From assembly GCA_016930485.1 (NCBI GenBank), contig JAFGGP010000035.1, positions 16,625-80,624 on the forward strand: 64,000 bases of DNA, written 5' to 3'. Below are positions 35,688 through 41,693 of the stretch, in pieces; position 1 is the first letter of the stretch; the number at the start of each line of letters is the position of its first letter. Source of the stretch: Candidatus Omnitrophota bacterium (GTDB lineage: Bacteria > Omnitrophota > Gorgyraeia > JAFGGP01). Below the pieces are notes generated by a model. It saw only the letters and a list, made by a program, of their open reading frames with translations. It was not told the DNA's origin and made no database searches. The position numbers and the translations under genes are program-made.

Positions 35688-36617
35688 TCACAACCCCGCC
35701 AATGTCAAAAGAATTGAGATAACCGCCAATACAGTAACCGGCCCCCAGAAAAACCGGAGTGCCTGGTCGATCCGGAGTCGCGGATTGGTATTTTTGATAA
35801 GGACAGCGACCAGTAAAATAACCAGTAATTTACCCAGGCCTACCGCCGCACCGAGGGCCCCCGGAGCAATCCCCCCCCAGAAGACCGTGATTAGAAAGAC
35901 CGGCATGGCAAAAAGCATCATTAGCTTTGAGAGTCTGAAAAAACCCAGCGGCGCCCCCGAGTATTCGACCAACGGCCCCCCCATAATCTCGGTTTCGGCC
36001 TCGGCGATATCAAAGGGAACCAGACCGAGCTTTGCCTGCATGCACAACAGGGCAACGATAAAGGCGATAAAACCGGACGGTGAGCCAATAATCGCCCCAT
36101 GGGCCGCCTGATGCTGCACCATCTCGTAGAGTCTAATGGTATATCCGTTTTTGATGATAACCGTTGCAATGCTGACGATAAAAGGAAGTTCATAGGCAAG
36201 CATTAGCTTCATCTCCCGGGATGCGCCGAGCGAGGCAAGCGGATTGCGGCTTGCCATCCCCCCGATAATCAAGGCGAGTGCCGGAATCATCGAAAGGTAG
36301 ATAGCGACAATGAGGTCGCCTAAAAAGCCGGAATCTGTCCGGAGATTCGGCTGCCAGAGCACCACCGAAAGCAATGTCGCCCCGATAACGGCGGTAACCG
36401 GCGCAAAGAGAAACAGTCCCCTCATGGAATCAGCAGGCACGATAATCTCTTTTCCGAGAAGCTTTAAGAAATCAACAAAATTCTGATACCACGGAGGACC
36501 AACCCGCCAGTGGATACGGGCCGTCAGTTTTCTGTCAAACCAGCCACTCAGGCACCCCATGGCAGCGGTAAAGAGAAATCCCGGAAAAATAAGAAAGTAA
36601 AAAATGCCTTTTATCAT
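35688..36617 (-). CDS. NuoH/MbhM/HycD-like membrane subunit
   Basis: RKLTARIHWRVGPPWYQNFVDFLKLLGKE, and AEAETEIMGGPLVEYSG. Confidence 0.9.
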   Translation of the reverse strand: MIKGIFYFLIFPGFLFTAAMGCLSGWFDRKLTARIHWRVGPPWYQNFVDFLKLLGKEIIVPADSMRGLFLFAPVTAVIGATLLSVVLWQPNLRTDSGFLGDLIVAIYLSMIPALALIIGGMASRNPLASLGASREMKLMLAYELPFIVSIATVIIKNGYTIRLYEMVQHQAAHGAIIGSPSGFIAFIVALLCMQAKLGLVPFDIAEAETEIMGGPLVEYSGAPLGFFRLSKLMMLFAMPVFLITVFWGGIAPGALGAAVGLGKLLVILLVAVLIKNTNPRLRIDQALRFFWGPVTVLAVISILLTLAGL

Positions 36618-36629
36618 AATGACGTCTGG

Positions 36630-37124
36630 TTACTTTTTTGCCTCATTACGTTCCCAGTGCAGTGTCGAGCGAATGACCAGGTGCTCGCCAATGCCGTAGA
36701 AGGCCTTTTCTTCATTTGGTTCGATTTCACAAAACTGAATAGCGCCGTACGGACACGTCCTCACGCACAGCGGGTCTTTGTCCTGACACCGGTCGACGCA
36801 AAAATCACATGTTGAAACAGTGAACGGCAACAGCTCCGGCAGAATAGTCCCGAACGGACAGGCAAGTGAGCACGACTTGCAGCTCACGCAGCGCATGCTG
36901 TACCTCCTGAGAACACCATCCTGACCTCTCTCAAGGGCCTCGACCGGACACGCCTGAACACAGCTGCCCACCTCGCACCGTCTGCACACCACCAGATACC
37001 CGGCCAGTTCCCGCAACCGGCAGACACCGTCATTGAAGGGATGATAGTAATAACTGCACTTTACCGGGCACGCATCCGGGCACCTGTCGCATTTATCAAG
37101 GTCTATAAAAAGACGCTTCATCAC
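36630..37124 (-). CDS. Multi-cluster 4Fe-4S ferredoxin (164 aa)
   Basis: Several CxxCxxCxxxCP-type motifs (CRRCEVGSCVQACP, CVSCKSCSLACP, CDFCVDRCQDKDPLCVRTCP). Confidence 0.8.
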   Translation of the reverse strand: MMKRLFIDLDKCDRCPDACPVKCSYYYHPFNDGVCRLRELAGYLVVCRRCEVGSCVQACPVEALERGQDGVLRRYSMRCVSCKSCSLACPFGTILPELLPFTVSTCDFCVDRCQDKDPLCVRTCPYGAIQFCEIEPNEEKAFYGIGEHLVIRSTLHWERNEAKK

Positions 37125-37945
37125 TCCCAGACCCCCCTGAAATCCTTTATCATGTCATAGCGCATAACCGGGCCGTCCTCACATACGTAATACGTGCCTA
37201 ACCGGCAATGGCCGCATTTGCCAAGACCGCAGCTCATGTTTTTTTCCATAGAAAGGTAGATATCGGCCGGGGTATAACCGATCTCAAGCAGCTTGAGCGT
37301 TGTAAACTTCATCATGATGGGAGGACCGCAGACAACCGCCTTACTGTTTTTTAAATCCAGCCTGAGTGCGTCCAGCAGCTTCGTCACCAGCCCCACATTC
37401 CCCTTCCAGGACTCATTGCCCTTATCGACCGTCAGCACATAATCAACCTTTTCTTTCTTCTGCCACTCATCGATGTGATACTTGTATACAATGTCCTCGG
37501 GGGTACGCGCCCCGTAGCGTAAAATAATTTTTTTATACTGCTCTATCTCAGCGAATAACGTCAATAACAGCGACCGTAAGGGGGCAAGACCAACGCCGCC
37601 TCCTACGATCAGGACTTCCCTTCCCTTTAATTCATCCACCGCATACGCCGTCCCGTACGGGCCCCGCACGCCCACCTCATCGCCTTCGACCATGGCATGC
37701 AGCCGTTTCGTCGCACATCCCACCGCCATTATCGTAATCTCCATGGTCTCTGAAATGCTGGGTGAGGAGGAAGGGGTAAAAGGTGCCTCTCCGGCACCGG
37801 GGACGGTCAGCTCGACAAACTGACCTGTTTTAAAGGTGATAGGTGTTTCGGGCCTCACTACAAATGTCTTAATAGTAGGCGTTTCGGTGATAATCTTTTC
37901 TATCTTTGCCCTTATGGGATAATAGGGGTTATTTATTGAGCTCAT
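37121..37945 (-). CDS. Sulfhydrogenase gamma / AsrB-like FAD-NAD(P)-binding 2Fe-2S oxidoreductase
   Basis: GQFVELTVPGAGEAPFTPSS, VGGGVGLAPLRSL, CGPPIMMKF, and a C-terminal CGLGKCGHCRLG. Confidence 0.82.
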   Translation of the reverse strand: MSSINNPYYPIRAKIEKIITETPTIKTFVVRPETPITFKTGQFVELTVPGAGEAPFTPSSSPSISETMEITIMAVGCATKRLHAMVEGDEVGVRGPYGTAYAVDELKGREVLIVGGGVGLAPLRSLLLTLFAEIEQYKKIILRYGARTPEDIVYKYHIDEWQKKEKVDYVLTVDKGNESWKGNVGLVTKLLDALRLDLKNSKAVVCGPPIMMKFTTLKLLEIGYTPADIYLSMEKNMSCGLGKCGHCRLGTYYVCEDGPVMRYDMIKDFRGVWE

Positions 37946-38963
37946 TGGCGACCTTCCGGATATCGATGCCTCCTATGCACGCCTCGACACACCTGCCGCA
38001 TCCGGTGCAGGCATATACATCTAAAATATCCTTATAAAAATTAAACTTGCAGATATAGCGGTGCCGCAGCCGCTCGGCAAGCATCTGGCGGGCATTGCCG
38101 CCTCCGGCTACCCTGGCATACCGTTTATACTGGCAGGAATCCCAGTTTTTTTCGCGCGTCCATACCTTCTGCTTGTCGTCCGAAAAAAAGAAACAGTGGC
38201 AGGAAGGGCAGGTAAAATTACACGCACCGCACTCGACACATCTTTCGGCCTCTCTTTCCCATATCTCAGAATCAAAATTATCGCGAATAACCCGTTCGTG
38301 ATCGAGGCCCGGGGTAAAACCCTGTTCTCTCATTTGCTTATTAAGACCCTCGATTGTCTTTTTTCTATTCGCCTCCCGCTGGTCCAGCTGCGCCTGTGTT
38401 GGTTCGGCCAGAAATTTCTTAACCTTGCCGATCAGCTCCTGACCCTTGTCGGTGGCCGTCTCAAACAGATAACCACCGGATATTGGGGAGATATTAACAT
38501 CAAAACCCTCTTCCGGAAAAGGGTTCAACCCAACCCACGTGCAAAAGCAAACATCCTTATAACCGCTGCAGTCACTGCTGACAAAAACTGTTGCTTCCCG
38601 AAAGGCCTTATAAAACGGGTCCTCGCAGACACCTGAAAGAAATACATGGTCCAACACCTTGATTGACCGCAGGTCACACGCTTTAACCCCAATAATAACA
38701 GTCTTTTTCTGATTTTCTTTTGAAGCCGGCTGCTCTCCTTCTTCTTCCCCGCAGACAACCTCCTTCACAGGAAATAAAAACATCTTTGCCGGTTCGATGG
38801 CTCGGTAGGCATTAAAGATAAGGGACTCAAAATCGGTCTTTTTATCCACCGGGCTCATGGAATAATCGTCGCCTGAACATACAGGATGCAAAAGACGACA
38901 CTCCTCGGAAAGGCGCTCCCAGAGCTGCGGATAATCAGGCTGTGTAACGAAGTGCATAGTCAT
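37929..38963 (-). CDS. Sulfhydrogenase beta / AsrA-like 4Fe-4S protein
   Basis: CVECGACNFTCPSCHCFF and CTGCGRCVEACIGGIDI. Confidence 0.8.
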   Translation of the reverse strand: MTMHFVTQPDYPQLWERLSEECRLLHPVCSGDDYSMSPVDKKTDFESLIFNAYRAIEPAKMFLFPVKEVVCGEEEGEQPASKENQKKTVIIGVKACDLRSIKVLDHVFLSGVCEDPFYKAFREATVFVSSDCSGYKDVCFCTWVGLNPFPEEGFDVNISPISGGYLFETATDKGQELIGKVKKFLAEPTQAQLDQREANRKKTIEGLNKQMREQGFTPGLDHERVIRDNFDSEIWEREAERCVECGACNFTCPSCHCFFFSDDKQKVWTREKNWDSCQYKRYARVAGGGNARQMLAERLRHRYICKFNFYKDILDVYACTGCGRCVEACIGGIDIRKVANELNK

Positions 38964-39159
38964 ATGACCGGGGTTATATACGCACTACTGCAAACCCCGT
39001 TAGAGGACGTTCGTTTCTAAGGACATGCGCCGACGGCGATGTGACGCCGCCGGTATTTTTAATCGGTAATACCCGCCGATCAAAAATTAGGGTTGTTTCT
39101 CTAACGGGGCAAAGGGGCACTATATATGGTATTCCAAAAAAGAAAGAAGAATTTCAGGT
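38964..39159 (-). promoter_or_regulatory. Predicted structured 5' leader of the hydrogenase operon
   Basis: 11-bp perfect inverted repeat, CCCCGTTAGAG at 38995-39005 paired with CTCTAACGGGG at 39099-39109. It encloses GC-rich inner hairpins, for example the transcribed-strand CGGCGGCG-TCACAT-CGCCGTCG. Confidence 0.45.
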
Positions 39160-39188
39160 ATTATATGTAAAGGACAAAAAATAATCAA
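39160..39188 (-). promoter_or_regulatory. Sigma70-like promoter, TTGATT-N17-TATAAT
   Basis: On the minus strand the -35 is at 39188-39183 and a perfect TATAAT is at 39165-39160. The element begins 8 nt after the hypE stop. Confidence 0.45.
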
Positions 39189-39195
39189 CTATTTT

Positions 39196-40218
39196 TTAAC
39201 ATATTCTCGGAAGCTGGTCCTCTGTCAGCTCTTCCAGTTGCCGGTGCGCACCTGAGAATGTCTCTAAAAAGACCTTGTGCCCTTTTCCTTCAAGTACGCT
39301 GCCGATAACCTGTGCCTCTTTCCCGTATGGGTGCTTTCTCAGGATGGCAATCGCCTTCTGGGCATCTTCGGGGTCGATTACGAAAAGGGCCTTCCCTTCG
39401 TTGGCAATATAGAGTGGATCAAACCCGAGTATTTCGCAACACGCGGCAACCTCTTCGGATACCGGGATATGCTCCTGGCGGATAAGGAGGTCAACCCCTT
39501 TCTCCTCGGCCAACTCATTCAGTGCGGTTGCCACACCCCCCCTGGTAGGGTCCCGCATACATCTCACTTCACAACCGCCTTCAAGCACCGCCCGGATCAT
39601 GCCGTTTAACGGGGCCACATCACTGGTAATGGCATGTGCAAGCGCTATCGCCTCCCTTTCGATAAATATGCTCATGCCATGTTCGCCGACCGTACCGGAG
39701 ATAATAATCGTGTCTCCCGGAGTAACCGGACGGGCGGATAGCCCCTTTGCCGTATCAAGGCGCCCGATCCCTGAGGTCGTAATAAATAACTCATCGATAT
39801 CCTGACTGCGTACAACCTTGGTGTCGCCGGTAACAATGGCAACACCCGCCTCATCGGCCGCGGCACGCATCGATTGGGCAATAGCCTCGAGTTTTCGTAA
39901 AGAGAACCCCTCCCCGATAATAAATCCGGCAGCGATAAAGAGAGGTTCGGCCCCCATTACCGCCAGATCGTTCACTGTGCCGCAGACCGACAGCCGCCCG
40001 ATATCGCCCCCCTTGAAAAAGAGAGGGCTTATCACGAAGGAGTCTGTCGTAAAGGCCATCCTGTGCGCGTCGATGTCGAGTAATGCAGCATCGCCTAAGC
40101 GGGAAAGTACCTGATTGTTAAACTGGTTGAGAAAGATATCCCGCACCAGCTTACCTGTCAGTACGCCGCCGGCACCATGCCCCAGTGTTATCACCTCTTC
40201 TTCGTTGTCTATAGTCAT
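39196..40218 (-). CDS. hypE: Hydrogenase maturation protein HypE
   Basis: AIR-synthase-like fold and the diagnostic C-terminal PRIC. Confidence 0.94.
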   Translation of the reverse strand: MTIDNEEEVITLGHGAGGVLTGKLVRDIFLNQFNNQVLSRLGDAALLDIDAHRMAFTTDSFVISPLFFKGGDIGRLSVCGTVNDLAVMGAEPLFIAAGFIIGEGFSLRKLEAIAQSMRAAADEAGVAIVTGDTKVVRSQDIDELFITTSGIGRLDTAKGLSARPVTPGDTIIISGTVGEHGMSIFIEREAIALAHAITSDVAPLNGMIRAVLEGGCEVRCMRDPTRGGVATALNELAEEKGVDLLIRQEHIPVSEEVAACCEILGFDPLYIANEGKALFVIDPEDAQKAIAILRKHPYGKEAQVIGSVLEGKGHKVFLETFSGAHRQLEELTEDQLPRIC

Positions 40219-40389
40219 ATTTACCTTAACATGGTTTACGGGTTCTTCGGGTTCGAAAGTAGTTCATTGGTTCTTCGAGTTACTCGGGTTCGCGAGTTCA
40301 AAAAAAAGAACCCGTGAACTCGCTAACCATTTTCAACTCGAGTAACTCGTGAACTTATCTTCTAACCGCCAGTCGCTATATGCTCATCG
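40219..40389 (-). repeat. Repeat-dense 171-nt spacer between hypD and hypE
   Basis: CGGGTTC occurs three times directly. GGTTCTTCG...AGTTCA units are duplicated. Three inverted pairs are present: GCGAGTTC (40292-99) with GAACTCGC (40316-23), CGGGTTC (40285-91) with GAACCCG (40308-14), and CGAGTTACTCG (40276-86) with CGAGTAACTCG (40339-49). They are centred on an A8/T8 tract (40300-40307). Confidence 0.7.
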
Positions 40390-41478
40390 CTATGTGTTAT
40401 ACCTGTGCCAGGCCCTGCACGCCCCCTCCGAAGAAACCATGCAGGCCCCGAGAGGATGCTCGGGTGTGCATGAGTCGCCGAAACAGGGGCAGTCAACCGG
40501 CTCCCGTTTTCCCTTCAGGATCTCACCGCATATGCAGCCGCTTATATCCTCTGTCTCGACAACCTCAAGCTGGATATGTCTGTCAATATCAAAGTGAGTA
40601 AACTCCGCCCTCAATCTGAGACCGCTCTGTGGCACAGAACCAATACCCCGCCACAAGGCTTCGCACGGTTCAAAAACCTTCCGCATAACCTCCATGGCCT
40701 TCGTATTCCCGCCGGCGGTAACAACACGGCTATAGGCATTCACCACCTTTGCCTCACCGTTCCTTTTCAGGCTGAGCAATTCGTAAATGCCACCCAGCAT
40801 GTCAAGCGGCTCGAATCCGCTGATAACACAGGGAATCCCCGCAGCATGCGCAATCTCATTATAGGCACGCGCACCGATTGCCGCGCTGACATGACCGGGG
40901 CACAGGAACCCGTCAAGGGCGAGGTCTTTATCCTGAATGAGTGCCTTAAGAACCGGGGGCACCAGTTTATTGGCGCAGATGACAAAAAGATTATTAACCC
41001 TTTCATCGCAGGCGCTCAAAAGCGTATAGGCAATCATCGGCGTAGTCGTCTCAAAACCAACGCTGACCAGCACTACCCTCTTTTCCGGCTCTGAGCGCGC
41101 AATGGCAAGGGCCTGCATGGGAGAGGTAATAACGCGGATATCCCTGCCAGAGGCAAGTTCCTTCTGCAGGCTGCTCCTGTTCCCGGGAACCCGTATCATA
41201 TCGCCGAATGTCGCAATGATGACATCCTGCCGGGCGGCCAGTAAACAGCATTTATCGATGAGCGAAAGGGGCGTTACGCACACGGGGCACCCCGGACCGG
41301 AGATCAGGCGGACAGCCCCCTCCAGGGCCTGTTTTATCCCAAAACGAAAAAGCGCGACCGTATGTGTCCCGCATACCTCCATAATCGACGCACCGCCGGT
41401 CTGGCCGGCACATTCCCGTATGCGGTCTACAAGGTTTCGTGCAAGCGCAGGGTCCCGGTACTCTGTAATATGCTTCAT
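40390..41478 (-). CDS. hypD: Hydrogenase maturation protein HypD
   Basis: MKHITEYRDPALA, CGTHT, GPGCPVCV, FETT. Confidence 0.94.
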   Translation of the reverse strand: MKHITEYRDPALARNLVDRIRECAGQTGGASIMEVCGTHTVALFRFGIKQALEGAVRLISGPGCPVCVTPLSLIDKCCLLAARQDVIIATFGDMIRVPGNRSSLQKELASGRDIRVITSPMQALAIARSEPEKRVVLVSVGFETTTPMIAYTLLSACDERVNNLFVICANKLVPPVLKALIQDKDLALDGFLCPGHVSAAIGARAYNEIAHAAGIPCVISGFEPLDMLGGIYELLSLKRNGEAKVVNAYSRVVTAGGNTKAMEVMRKVFEPCEALWRGIGSVPQSGLRLRAEFTHFDIDRHIQLEVVETEDISGCICGEILKGKREPVDCPCFGDSCTPEHPLGACMVSSEGACRAWHRYNT

Positions 41479-41693
41479 GGGATAGTCCCCATCTCCCGGA
41501 ACAGGTCAAGTGTTTCCTTGGCCTCTTTGGGGTCGATTTTTTGCAACGCAAAACCCACATGTACGATAACAAAATCCCCCTCTGCAACATCCTCAAGAAT
41601 ACCCAGATGCACCGTATTGGTAACGCCGCCTACCTCGCAGACGGCCTGACGTCCCTCAATTGTGACAACCTTCATGGGTATGGCTAAGCACAT
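41475..41693 (-). CDS. hypC: Hydrogenase maturation chaperone HypC
   Basis: Starts with the invariant MCLAIPMKV. ATG 41693 overlaps the hypF 3' end by 10 nt. Confidence 0.92.
   Translation of the reverse strand: MCLAIPMKVVTIEGRQAVCEVGGVTNTVHLGILEDVAEGDFVIVHVGFALQKIDPKEAKETLDLFREMGTIP

Noticed and set aside
40285-40323. H-type pseudoknot formed by the crossing helices GCGAGTTC/GAACTCGC and CGGGTTC/GAACCCG
   Set aside because: The connecting loop between the second strands is 0 nt, which is sterically incompatible with a classical pseudoknot. Mutually exclusive hairpins are the more plausible reading.
40219-40389. CRISPR array or tRNA-like element in the hypD-hypE spacer (contains GGTTCGAA, the T-loop consensus, at 40249-40256)
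   Set aside because: The repeat units are short, degenerate and irregularly spaced, so there is no repeat-spacer periodicity. No T-stem, acceptor stem or anticodon arm can be drawn around the GGTTCGAA word.
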